Positions 11,203 to 25,674 of a stretch of DNA of 64,000 bases are shown piece by piece. The stretch's first letter is position 1, and each line of letters starts with the position of its first letter. The notes beneath the pieces were generated by a model that saw nothing but the letters and a program-made list of their open reading frames with translations, did not search any database and was not told the origin of the DNA. The stretch is taken from NCBI RefSeq assembly GCF_009914755.1, contig NC_060925.1. The stretch is one strand, 5' to 3'. A program made the translations under genes and the position numbers. The DNA is from the human T2T-CHM13v2.0 reference genome, Homo sapiens.

Positions 11203-13919
11203 CATACTCCTTTATTAAATCTTTACGTCTGATTTAAAGCTTCTCCCACACTGTCCAAGGCCAGCCAGGCTTCGAGCTGCAGGGCTTGGTGCAGAGGGTG
11301 TGCCCATGCTCTCAGCCTCTCCCCTTCCATCTTCCCAGGCAGCCCAGGGGAGGGGCACACTCTCTCGTGACTGCCAGCGTGTCGGCCTCTGGTCTTGCTC
11401 TGGCGCCGCCTCTGTGGGTAACTGCCACGTGGCCATGTTGACATGATGGACTTCAGCTTCTTCCTAGCCCCATCTTTGGTCTCCCTTCCATCCCAATTCC
11501 TTCTTCAGGGGGCAGCCACATGGCTTTAGGCCCCTTTTCGAAAAGCCCTTTTAGGGCTTTTTCTTAGAAAGCCATGGGATCACTGAGGCCCCTCCACTCC
11601 CACTTGGCCACATGGGTGACAGGCTGGATGCCTAACTAGCGTCTTCAGGACCCTGCACCTGGCTGCTTTTCACTCCTTGCGTGCCTAGGGGCCCTCCCAC
11701 CTGTAAAAATCCCAGGTGGAAGCAAGCATCACCCTCCAAGTGCCTGGTGCCTCCAGATCACCAGGGCACAGGTCAGGCTCCACCGGGACTCCACCTGCAA
11801 ACAGTCCCAGCTCAGCAAGCATCTGCCCGGGCCCCCTTCCTGCCCAATCCCTGTGAGCAGTGTCCATGTGTCTTTCTCCTTTCTGACCTGGGGTGAGGTG
11901 CCCTGCTGGTAGCAGGCTGTTAACTCTTTTTCTCCATCTCCACTCTCCACCTTCCAGTTCAGCCTGGGAACATGGGGAGGCGGCTGTGGTAGGACTGGTT
12001 CTGCTAACTCTCTCCGGGCCGTCTGTATGCAGTGTCTGTCTGGCCCCAAATGTTTGGAACATGGAGTGCTGACTACCTGTTGTTTCCAGCTGTGGCTCCT
12101 TGTGCCAGCTTTGGGGAACAGCTGAGCTTCTGCTCCCGGCTGCATGAGGAAGTGGCGGGACCAAGGCTTTGCACCAAGGCCTTTGACTCAGAGCCTGTTC
12201 TAAGCGCTGTGTCAAATCACCATTTTAGTGGGGACTTAGGAGAGGGGCAGGACTCTGAAACCTAAGGCAGGCAGGGGTCTCTGCTCATGAGGAATTATGG
12301 TGCCTTCTACCTCCAGGTTTCAGGATAGAGGCTCAGAAGCAAAGGCGGTAGCTTCTGTGCCCAGGCAGCTCCTGGGCAGACAGGTCTGTGCCCTGCAGGG
12401 GCAGAAGTTGATGTGGCGGTGGGCTCGGTGACACCTCGGCAGCCACGTATCCCAGCCCTTCTTCCTCGGAATTCCCAGCCTGGAACTCAGACTCTCCAGA
12501 TTCCCGAGTTTGGCAGGATGGAACAGGCTGGTTCAGCTTTGTCTTGGGCCCTATGACAAACTCCTGCCATTGCAGTCACATGGTTTGCGGAAGGAAATGG
12601 AGAAGCGAGTTCTCTCCATGGGGAGAGGTGCTGTGATGAATGGACACTGATGTGGGAACTGAGACCTGAGACGTCACCACGCCTTGGAGGGCAGATGGGA
12701 AGCTGACATTTATCGGGGTCTGGTCTGTTCTGTTCTGAAACTCAGCTAGGGACTTCCACACCCTCCACTCAGCTGCAGCAGGGATGGTTCGTGAGTCATG
12801 TGGTCCTGTGGGATGGTGCCAGGGGCTCGTGGTGAGGGCCTGCGGCTCATGGTAGGGGCTCATAGTCGGTGTTGGGAGCTCATCATGGGCACTAGGCCAG
12901 CAAAGCCTTATGAATGAGGAGGCAGCCCTGGGAGTGAAGGAGCAGGGTCCCTGGGTGCAGATCTGGGTTCCAATCCGGGCTTTGCCTCCAGTGTGGGTCC
13001 CATGGCTGGTTACCACCTCTCTAAGGCTGCTGCTTCACCAGGGAGACAGAAACTGTAATACTCATCCCATGGGTCGGAGTGGGTTAAAGGAGATGCCGTG
13101 TGTCCTGAATCCCTTTGCTTCTCTCCTCCCTTAGTTGAGATTCTCACTGTGTGTTGCCTACAGCTCTGAACCTAGGCTCTTGCTTCGACACCCAGCCACT
13201 GTCCTGAAGGTCAGGTCCCCGGGCTGACCCTGCCCTTTTCCAGCCTACTGTGCCATCAAAATTACTTTTCCACCAAACAGCAGCTTTTCTGTTTGTAAAA
13301 CGGTGGTGACTCTTGGCGCACCCGTAGGGAGCATGTGGCAAGCCTAATCGCAGTGCCTGACATGAGAGCAGAAGGCACTGGGGGTCCAGCAGCCCAGCCC
13401 CTCCTTTGCAGATGAGCCGACCAGAGGAGGAAATTCTCCCAGGCAGCCCAGCCAGGCGTGCAGAGGCAGGACAAGTCCCGTGTTTCAGGCTGACCGATCC
13501 GTGCTTGCTACAGACGCCACACTCTGACTTGAAGTGGGTCATAGTCCTCATTCTTGCTGGTAGGGAACTAAGAGGCCCCTAAAAGTCGAATCCAGGAACT
13601 AGTCCTCCGTGCTCACCAGGAAAGGGACGTGGGTGATTGTAGGAGTAAGGGGCTTCGGCTGTGGCTCTTGGCGGTCAGTTTAGTCAAGACGTGTTTATCA
13701 AATACCTGTCGTGTGGCAGGCCCTAGTCTAGGAGTTGTGAAGAGGGAAGCTTCTAGGCCTTTTGGTGATTGTAAAGAAGTAAGAGGCTTAGGAAACAGAC
13801 AAGGCGGGCCAAGGGCAAGGACTGTGCTCAGCCTGGCCTCTGGGCCCTGCGCCCATGGCCTCAGCCCCTGGCACCGGCTCCCTGCGGAGCTAGCTCAGTG
13901 GGCTCATGGCCAGCCAGAG

Positions 13920-14445
13920 TTGTGTGTGCACCTAGGTGTGCGCCTTTGTATGTGTATGTGCATGTGTGCCTGTGTGCACCTGTGTGTATGTACATGTGTG
14001 CCTGTGCACGTGTGGCTGCGTGCACCTGTGTGTGTATGTGCATATGCGTGTGTGCCTGTGTGCACCTGTGTGTGTGTGGGGTTTGTGTATGTGTGCCTGT
14101 GTGTGTGCCTGTGTGTGTACCTGTGTGTGTGTGTGCCTGCCTCTGTGTGCCTGTGTCTGTGTGGGTCTCTGAGTGTCTGTGCATGTGTGTGTCTGTGCCT
14201 GTGTATGTCTGTGCCTGCGTGTGCCTGTGTGTGTGCCTCTGTTTGTGTCTGTGCATGTGTGTGCCCATTTGTGTTTGTGTGTGTCTATGTGCCTGTGTGT
14301 GTGTCTGTGCCTGTGTGTGCCTGTGTATGTCTGTGCCCGTGTGTGTGCCTGTGTTTGTGTGTGTCTGTGCCTGTGTGTGTCTTTGCCTGTGTTTGTGTGT
14401 ATGTGCCTGTGTGTGTGTCTGTGCATGTGTGTGCCTGTGTGTGTG
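13920..14445. repeat. TG-rich minisatellite (tgtgtgcctg-type units)
   Basis: About 525 bp of interrupted (TG)n with recurring gtgcctgtgt and gtctgtgc. Confidence 0.95.
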
Positions 14446-15464
14446 GAAAGGTTTCCTTATTTTCTTGGTCTGCCGTTCACCCCCAGCACCTCCCGCAGGC
14501 CACTTTCTAAACATACAGCCCAGTTTCCCGAGCCCTCTCCTCGAGCCATGGCAGCGTGCTCTTCTCTCTGCAGCTGAGGCTGTGACCGCATCAGTGCCTC
14601 GGTGATGCCCTGCCAACCGAGGGGGAACTAAATCCTGTTAATGCCCTCAGCACTCGGGGAACAATTAGGCCCCTCACAGCACATTCAGCATCCAACCCCA
14701 GTGACCATGCAGGAAGCCTGGACTTCCCCACAGCAGAGGCTGGGCTGAGGCTGCTGCCGGGTCACCATCAGGAGCGCCCTACTGTCGGCTCCGAACACTG
14801 TGGCACCTGCAGGCTTTGCTACGGCTTCTTGCTCACCTGCCTTTCCGTAGTCAGACAGGCAGAACTGGTAGTGACCAGCAGGGAGGCAGGGCCGGAGCAC
14901 TGTCCTGAGGCTAGTGCAGGTTCTCAGTGGAGTTCCAGGGCCCAGCCATGGCTGTCCCGCTGCTGCTGTGCCCACCCTCTGAGCCCCAGGCTAGCTGCTC
15001 AGCGTTGAGTGGCGGGGAGTGGAGGGCAGGGGTCATGACAGTGAGGGGTGGGCTGCCCAGAGAGGAACATTTGCAAGATCCAAGACCCTCTACAAAATCT
15101 CACTGCAAGCGTCTTAGGGTTTTGCAAACAACAAAGTCATGTGATCCCAAGAGCCGCTTTTGTCAGGCTGTTCCTGTTGGCCTTGCGTTTCCAGTGAGAA
15201 GAAGAAAGCTGGTTCCTGGTTGGAAGGTCTGTCTGGGTCCTGACATTTTGGCCGGCCAGTTCTCTCAGTACAGAAATAGCCCCAGCAGACTGTTTAGACA
15301 GTACCTGGGACAACAGGCATTCCCCGAGGGCTGCAGAGGCTCATAAATATTTCACTTTTTATGTTTCCTGCAGCTGAAGTTTAGAGTCCATTAACCTATA
15401 AGGACAGATGAAGCCCAAATGGTTTTACTCTGCAAGTGGGTTGATTACCTCAAGCTTATGTGGG

Positions 15465-15890
<426 letters not shown>

Positions 15891-16273
15891 CCCCCATACA
15901 CGGTGGGGTTGGCTCTGTGGGCTGCTCCCACCCCATAGGCTACTCTCCCTGTCACCTTGGACTCTGCTGCCACAGCTTCTTTGTAGCTGTCAGAGGTCAT
16001 GTTGTCCCATCAGGCTGTGTGACGGTCCATTTTTAGTGCATGAGTGGTGGCAGATAAGGAGGGAAGTGGGCAGGGTGTGAGCAACCTTGGCGTGCCGTGA
16101 GCCTGGCCCCATCAGGCCCACACTCATTTTCTGGGAAGACAGCACACATCTATCCATGCGAGAGGGCCTTGTCCTCCCAGCTTTCACAAAGCAACATAAA
16201 GTTCAACTGGAACATGGCGATTCATTTCATTTATTCAACAGGTGTTTTTTTTTAAATTAAAAAAATTGTATTG

Positions 16274-17203
<930 letters not shown>

Positions 17204-17213
17204 AGACGTATTG

Positions 17214-17640
17214 AAGCAAAATTGACACAATATGAAATTAACCATTGAATGCATGCAGCTGAGTGATGTTCAGTACATTCACAGTATTGCGCAGCTGTCA
17301 CCTCTATCTAGGTCCAGAACATTTTTATCACCCCCAAAGGAAACTTTATGCCCATTAAGCAATCACTCCTCAGTCCCTGTTGCCTCAGCCCCTGGCAGCC
17401 ACCCATCTGCTTTCTATCTCTGCAGATTTACCTATCCTTAATATTTCATATCAAAGGAATCATACAATGTGTATTCTTGTACGTCTTCTCCTTTCTCCTA
17501 GCATAGTGTTTTGAGGTTCATCACATTGTAACATTTATCAGAACTTCATTCCTTTATAAGGTTAAATAATATTGTGCTGCATGGATAGAGACTACATTTT
17601 ATTTATCCATTCATCCGTTGATGGACATTTAGGTTGTTTC
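17214..17640 (-). mobile_element. L1MB-type 3' end fragment
   Basis: aaattaaccattg...cagaacatttttatcaccccc...atccattcatccgttgatggacatttaggttg. Confidence 0.8.
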
Positions 17641-20029
17641 ATCATGCGCGTTTGAGTGCTTGTTGTGTGCCAGACACTGTGCAGACTGTTTAAGGTCAAA
17701 CTTAGATTCTCGCTGCGTGGAACTTAGCCTTGAGCAAGGAAAACAGACTTCATGTCAACGACTTCTCCATTGTGCGATTGACTGGCTGATGTGACTTAGT
17801 GGCTGTCCTTACAGTAGAGATATGAAGTGTGAGATGTTTTCAGTGGAAAGTTGAAGACTTAATTCATTCCTTCATCTCTGTGAGTCCCCCTCTAGGATAC
17901 ATGCTTTAAAAAGAACCAGTGGTTTTTGCTGCTATTTAAATGAAAGTCAAATCCAATTTAAAAATCTCACTGTAATGAAATCAAAATATTTCCCAAACAC
18001 AGGTATTCACTGTGAAGCGATGCCAGGATGGCTGTGGAGGGAACTTCTTGGTGGAAGTCGTCACCTGTGACTTGGGCTGTTGGGTTTCCACCCACCATTG
18101 CCCTGGTCCTGCTCCTAGGGCCCCTTCCTTGGGTGCCACTGGGAGGTGAAGGCTTAGGTTTAGGTTGACATAGCAGGTGTATTCTCACCAGAACCAGATT
18201 CTGGGGCAACCAAGTTGGGCCCCTGGCTAGTCTTGGGTTTTGTGTGTGGAAGCCCCCAGACTCCGTGTCCTCCTGGGCCCTGCTCCAGGTTAAGCTGGAA
18301 TTTCTGGTCTGCCTGGGTTTGTTCTCAGCGAATCGTGGGGTCCAGACCAACATGAGGATGGAAGGGTGGTGCTGGGTAACTCCCACTCCTGCGCCCTGGG
18401 GCTGTGAACAGCACGCGTCATCCGTCCCCCGAGGACACACGGCCTGTCACGGCTTTGACAGCATATATTGTGTCTTCCCCGAGTTCTCTCTGCTTGGGGT
18501 CAGCTAGTCCCAGTTTTTTTCAGTATTCTTGGAGGAACGTGGGTGTGTCCTCTGCCATCCTGGTTGCTGTTCCCGAAGGCCCCAGTGAGCTGGGACAGTG
18601 TCAGGAGCAGACCAAGTCCCCACCCCTAGTGAGGAGCTTCCCCCGTTACCCACATAGCTTCCCCTCGAGGAGGCCAGATGGTCATTCTCTCGGTGGCAGG
18701 ACACAGGGAGTGTCATTTAATACCAGACACGTCCAGCAAGGGCAGGAGTTCCCAGGGCATCCTAAAACCTCAGAATTCTCCTCACTTCTGAAGCAGAAAG
18801 TTATTCTGTGAGGAGGGGCAAAAACAAACTGGGGTACTTTCCCTGCGAATTTATTTTGTAGTTTTTGCATCGTTTGCCAGCAAGGATCAGGGCACGATGG
18901 TACGACACTGCACACTGCCGCACGTGGCCCGGGACCCTCCTGCCATAGGGCCCAGTGGGCCAGCGCTGGCCACCGGGAGAAATGCATCCTCTGTGCTTCT
19001 AATGTGTCACCTTCCTTAAGTACATTTAGAACAATTAGGGGCAGGGCCCTGGCTGGTAAACTGTGAACTGCAATTTGTGGTTAAGCAGTTAAGAAACATA
19101 ACAGTGATGGTAGGGCCTTGTGTGGCCACAGCCCTTGTCATTCCCAAGGCCAAAGAGAGAGAATCCTGCCAGGGAGGCAGGTCAGAATTATTTGCCTCCA
19201 CCTCTGTGCGGAACTGATGCCGAGACGGACTCCACCCAGGCAGTGGGCAGGCGGGCAGGTCCGTGCGCTTCTGTGGCTGAAGCGGCCGGGCCGCAGCTAT
19301 TCCTGCGGGGCTTCCAGGGCGGAGGACACGGGCTGACACGGGCTGTCCCTGGGAAGGAACTTCAAGTCATGGAGCTGTCAAAGTAGAAGCAGCTTAATGA
19401 ATATTTGTCCTAATGCTTTCACCTCGCAGATAGACACTGAGGCCTAGAAAGGTCGATGGAGCTAACCAGGAACCAACAAAGTAGGTTCCTGAGGGTTGAC
19501 CAGCCTCACCCCTGAATCCAGGTGCTCAGGGGACAAGAGACAATTCAGAAAAGCAGGGAGACTGAAGGACGGCGTTTGGTGTGGCTTTAGGTTGACTTGG
19601 AGAGCCGCAAAGGGTGTGGGTGGGAGGTGTGCTCTCTAGAGTCCCGTCTCCTCGCGGGCTGCCTGCTGGGCTGACTTATCAATGTGGGGGCTCAGGGCCA
19701 CCCTGAGTTCTGCCTTCTGGGTGGCCAGCCTGTGTTGGCGCCGTTGGATGGAGTGAAGCTCAGTTTATGAGGCTCAGGGAGGCTCTCGTGAGCCGATGGA
19801 GGGGTGGAGGAGGGGAGAGGTGCTTGCTGCCCGGAGAGCTGAGCTGCTGGGAACAGGAAGGAGAAGAGGAGCTGTTGGGAAGGGGGACAGTGAGTGGAGA
19901 TGCCCTTTATCTATAAAGGTAAAGACTGTTATCCCATTATCACTTATGAAATGAGGAATGCCTTGTGAGGACCAAGGTAGGGACATCCTGGGTGGGAGCT
20001 GAGCTCCTGCCTTGTGGGGTGCACATGCA

Positions 20030-20102
20030 CAAACATGCACACACATACACAAACGCACACACATGCACACACACGCGCGCGCGCAAACACACATGCATAC
20101 AC
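20030..20102. repeat. (CA)n/(CG)n alternating purine-pyrimidine tract
   Basis: ...cacacacgcgcgcgcgcaaacacacatgc. Confidence 0.85.
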
Positions 20103-21320
20103 CTGAGGAAGGATCATAGGCGCCAGGTGAGCCAAACAGGACCATGCAGCGGAGCTCTCAGGAGGGCTGGAGAAGGCTGCAAACACATCCAGGGAGCTCC
20201 GAGGTCTATGGAAATCCAGAGAAGCAATTATGGTTGGCTTCTGATCACGTGGGAAGAAGCTCACTGAAGTCTGGGGGGCCCACATTCCAAGGGCCAGCAC
20301 GAGGCCAGGAGCAGGCAGGACCAGCTTCTTGGGCCACATGCTTGCCAAAGTCAAAGGTGGGAGGTGATGCGGTGAACACCTGACCATGTATTCCAGTGAC
20401 CCCTCTCACACCTGGCCAGCCTGGGACACAGACCAGGCACACCTTGGCTTCAGGCCACCGCCTCCCAGAACTTTATGGCATGGACAGCGTGCTTGCTTGC
20501 CTTTTCTGGCCAGTTACCTTCACTGCCACGGACACAGGACTATGAGTGGGGCTGTGGTGGTGGTTATCCAGGTCCTGAGTCCCTGGACCTATAGCCCACA
20601 GCTGACGTTTGGAAGAAAAGAACATCCTAACGCAGGCATAGAGGCCCCGCCCTTGCTCGCACTGTCTTGGAGACTGAGCCTCAAATGCAGATCCCCTCCC
20701 CGCCGCAGAGCCGCCTTGTGTGTCTTCCGGGAACCCTGCAGAAAGGAGAACTCCGGTGTCTGGATTTCGGGGACCGACTGTCTTGTCACCCTGCTCTGCT
20801 GAGTGAGGATGCTCAGCATGTGGGAACAGACTGAAGCAGCTGACTAATGACTGTTGCCTGGGGAGACCAGGGCCCTGGGGTTTGCATAATTTCCCCAATA
20901 TATCAGGAAGTGGGTAGCGCAGAGGGACCAGGAGAGCAAATATCGAATGCGTCAGTGGTTCTTAACCTTTTTCAGTATGAAAGTTCCTTTTATGGTTAGG
21001 ATAGCATCTGTGGTCACAGTTTAGTAGCTGTGCATTTAGAATCATGGTTTGCGAACATAGATGAGGACTAATAATACCAACAGCAGGGGTTGCAGCCACC
21101 CACGTGGTACTTACTAGGCGGCAGGCATTTGTCCAGGTGCTCTACATGTCTATTAATTCACCAAATGCTTAGGAAAACCTGGTGGCTGGTGTTATTAGTC
21201 TCATTTTACAGGTGAGGTACTTGAGGCACAGAGCAGGCAGGTGACTTTTCCAAGGCCACACAGCTGATAATTGGTAGAGCCAGGATGCAACCCCAGGTAA
21301 GCCAGCTCCAGATTCCACAC

Positions 21321-21618
21321 TTTTTTTTTTTTTTTTTTGAGACGGAGTCCCGCTCAGTCGCCCAGGCTGGAGTGCAGTGGCGCGATCTCTGCTCACTGCA
21401 AGCTCCGCCTCCTGGTTCACGCCATTCTCCTGCCTCAGTCTCCCCAGTGGCTGGGACTACAGGCGCCCGCCACCACGCCCGGCTAATTTTTTGTATTTTT
21501 AGTAGAGACAGGGTTTCACCGTGTTAGCCAGGATGGTCTTGATCTCCTGACCTCATGATCCGCCTCCCCCACCTCCCAAAGTGCTGGGATTACAGGCGTG
21601 AGCCACTGTGCCCGGCCC
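21321..21618 (-). mobile_element. AluY inserted in a MIR (about 21100-21320)
   Basis: AluY diagnostics gcaagctccgcc and cacgccattctcc; TSD gattccacac. Confidence 0.93.
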
Positions 21619-21693
21619 GATTCCACACACTTAGCCATCCTTCTGTGTCCCTCTGTCAGAGAGGGCTACCGGTTGTGGCCTGTTATATAGGAG

Positions 21694-21923
21694 TAGCGTC
21701 GTCTGTCAGTATATGTGGGGGACTGGTTCCAGGACCCCCAAGTATGCTCAGAGCCCCACATACTCACATCCCTGTAGAACCTGCATGTACAAAGAGTTGG
21801 TCCTCCTTATATTCAGGTTTTACGTCCTGAGAACATCGTAGTTTTGATTCCCATTCAGTTGAAAAAAATCCATGTATAGATGCGCCCATGCAGTTCAAAC
21901 CCATGCTGCCCAGGGGCCAACTG
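21694..21923 (+). mobile_element. MER8 (TcMar-Tigger)
   Basis: ggactggttccaggaccccc...gttgaaaaaaatcc...gcagttcaaacccatg...ggccaactg. Confidence 0.8.
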
Positions 21924-22218
21924 CACTGTGCCTTAGTGAAGATGCATGAGCTAGAACTGTGTGTATCAACATAGATACCTTCCAAACACATAGTCATGAG
22001 GGAATAAACAAACTGCAGAAGGTTATGGAAGGTATTAATGCATTCATATAAAGTGCAAAACCATACTGGACGGTACTCTGTATCTTTCACGAATCCAGAT
22101 TTACCTAGTGAAAGCCTGCCTAGCCATAAAAACACCAAATTCAGGATAGTGATTACTTTCCTGGGAGCAAATGGCACCAGGAGGGGGCAGGCTGGGAGCT
22201 CCAGCTGTGTCATTTTTA

Positions 22219-22540
<322 letters not shown>

Positions 22541-23149
22541 TAGCTGGAGCAAACGTGGCAAAGTATTAAGGATGGAGTGCTGGGTGCATGAGTATTTGCT
22601 GTTATTTCTTTGTATATACATAAATTATTTTATAATATAAAGTTTCAACCTGCCATGCATTTGTAACATTTTCAGATGAATTTGCATACATACGTTTTGA
22701 ACCAGCGTGTGTGATAGAGACTGGTTTCTTTAGTCAGGAGTCTGTGCTTGGTGCACTAAGAGTTTCAGTCCCCCTCAGTTACTGCGAGGGTCTCCTCAGG
22801 AGTCTCAGCCCACAGGCAGCTAGGATCAGGATGCACCCCCTTTTAAGGATAGGGGGATTATGAAGTGTCCAGAGAGTGGTGGCACAGAAGTGGAGACACT
22901 AGGGTGTCCAGATGTGGGTCCTGGCTTAGGGGAGAGGATTTATAAAGTAAAATGGCTGCAGAGATTCTGAATCAAGCGCAGGTTGGAAGCATAGTGCTTT
23001 GTTGGTACATCAGAGACACTGCCTCCAGGGACATCAGAGGTGACTTCTGTTGAGTTCTGCTGACTGCACAGGAGACACTGTCATACCCACAAAGAATAGC
23101 AGGGGACATTTCTGCCAGAAACACCACTAAGACATTAGTAAAAATGATT

Positions 23150-23430
23150 GTAACCCAGCTACTCAGGAGGCCGAGATGGGAGGATCACTTGAGTCTAGGA
23201 GTTCAAGACCAGCCTGGGCAATGTAGGGAGACATCATCTCTAAAAAATAAGACAAATTAGCCAGGCATTTGGGCTGCACCTGTACATAGTCTCAGCTACT
23301 CAGGAAGTTAAGGCAGGAGGATTCCTGGAGCCCAGGAAGATGGAGGCTGCAATGAGCTATGATGGCACCACTGCACTCCAGCCTGGGTGACAGCAAGACC
23401 CCGCCTCTTAAAAACAAACAAACAAACAGA
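23150..23430 (+). mobile_element. AluJ
   Basis: Diverged Alu consensus. Confidence 0.88.
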
Positions 23431-23479
23431 AAGATTGTAAGACAGCAAATGTCAACTTGAGTTAGTAGTTGAAAAAATA

Positions 23480-23738
23480 GGCTTGGCGGGGTGGCTCATG
23501 CCTGTAATCCCAGCACTTTGGGAGGCCGAGGCAGGCGGATCACGAGATCAGGAGTTCAAGACCAGCCTGATCAACATTGTGAAACCCCGTCTCTTTTTGT
23601 ATTTGTAGAAATACAAAAATGAGCCAGGCATGGTGGCGGGTGCTTGTAATCCCAGCTACTCGGGAGGCTGAGGCAGGAGAATCACTTGAACCTGGGAGGC
23701 AGAGGTTGCAGGAAAAAAAAAAAGAAAAGAAAAAAAAT
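23480..23738 (+). mobile_element. AluS lacking about 50 nt before its A-tail
   Basis: gaggttgcagg is joined directly to the A-tail; TSD aaaaaataggc. Confidence 0.9.
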
Positions 23739-25499
23739 AGGCAAGCGGGAGTTCAAAGGGTGGGAACAAATCAGTGACGCGTGAACAGACTGATTTATGA
23801 GGGCAGGGGGCAGAGTCCAGCAGCTGCTCAAAGGCCTTTATGCTTCTGTCGAAACAAGTACGTCACATGCAGAGCTCTAGGCCCTCCTGTGTCATCCGAA
23901 AGGATGGGGTGAAGGCCTGGGTTACCAAGGGGGCACAAGTCGCCCACAGGTCCGGGATGAGGAGGCCTTGGCCCACTGTGGGAGCGGGTGGTGCGGAAAG
24001 CCCATGAGGGCTCTCGAACATTCCCCAGCGCCTGACAGCGGCCAGCTGGGGACATCTCCCAGCCGTGGCTCAGCCTTCAACAAGTCAAAAAGCCAGCATC
24101 ACCCACAGCGTCATCCCCAGATCTATTCTAGGTTCTGAGGTTCTAGGTGGGACTTTCAAAAGCAGAAGAAACGATGCTAAAACCGAAAGGAATTTGCCAT
24201 TAGGGAGAAATGCTTTATTTTCACCAGATGACAAACTTCAGGGTTTCTGATCAAAGTTGCTGCAATTTCTTCTTTCTCCTTCAGGCCTGATTCTGCTCCC
24301 CTCCCCTGTCCTCCCATCCTTCTTGCCACAACGGGGGAAGCCCTGAAAAACCCCGGTGTTTTCATAGGCTGTGTGGAGCCCAAGGAAGGGGAGGGAAAGG
24401 AAGTGGGGCTCATTTACCACCATTCAGTTCCTGATCGGGTTCCCCAAGAAGCAGCTGGGACTCTCCAACCCAACCTCACTTCCCCGGGGTCCCTGTCATT
24501 AGGCAGATGGCACTCCCATGGCTGTCCCTGCCATGTTCCCTCAGACCCCTCCTTGCTGCCTCAGTTTCTCAGCCCTCCACCCTTCCCTGCCTCCTGCCTC
24601 TCCCTGTCTGCCCTTCTCGGGACCCAGGCTCCTTCTGTCTGTCCACAAGCATGCTCAGGTCTCCCCATCTTAAAAACAAGGTCTGGACCCCCTGAATAAC
24701 CTCTTTCTTGCATTTCACAAACATGCGCTTTTGGAAAGCAGTTTATGCTCTTGAATTGACTCACTGCTCCCACTTCCTCCTGCTGCCATCCAGGGTCTGC
24801 CTGTTCCCCCTCCAGCCTCCCCGTCAGTCGAGCCTGCCCTTGGCCAGGCCCTGTGGCAGCTTAAGGTGAAGTGGTCCAGCCTGTCAGCCGCACTGGACAC
24901 CCTGACTGTCTCCTGCCCGGGGCCTCTCTCCCCTGCAGTCTTTGAGGCCTTGACCACTGAGGGGACTGCTCTTTGACCTCCTCCCTACTCTTAGTTTTTT
25001 TTTTGTCTTTTTGTTTTTTTTTAAATAACAGCTTTATTGAGGTATAATTCACATTTTCTGTGCTGTCCCCATCTCGAAGTGTACCACATTCAGAGTTGCG
25101 CAGTGACCCCACAGTCCACTGTAGACCTTTTCCATCCCAGAAGGAACCCCGTGCCTCTTAGTGGTCACCCTCCAATTCCCCGCCACGCCCTCCAGGCCCA
25201 GGCATCATGAATCTGTGTTGGGCCTCTGATTTGCCTTCATTTTCACCTTCTCTGTCAACCCATGGTCTGCAGCCTTTGCTCTGCTCTGTATCCCAGGGAC
25301 CTCTCTCACAGCACAGGTCTGCATTTCAGCTGTGCCAATGCTCCCCCGAAGCTCTCCGCACCCTTACCCTGGACAGCGGCCTCTTCCTGGCTGGTCCACA
25401 CCCCAGCCCGACCTTCTGCTGCCCTCCCCAGCTCCGGGCTCCTGCAGCACCTTCTCTCCTCACCCCCTCCCTCACTGCTCCTAAGTCCACATGCAGGTT

Positions 25500-25674
25500 C
25501 ACACCTCCTCATGCTTCCCACGCCTCCATGCACTTTTCACACCTCCACACATCACATCTCCTCACACCTCCACACACACTTCACACCTCCTCACGCCTCC
25601 CACTCACACCTCCTCATGCCTCCCACTCACACCTTCTCACGCCTCCCACATCTCCACACGCTTTTCACACCTCC
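25500..25674. repeat. CACACCTCC-type low-complexity repeat, left part
   Basis: Degenerate acacctcctcat/cacgcctccca units; the same repeat resumes at 27950. Confidence 0.85.

Noticed and set aside
13629-14616. Cys/Val- and His/Thr-rich ORFs up to 293 aa
   Set aside because: Translations of the TG-rich minisatellite.
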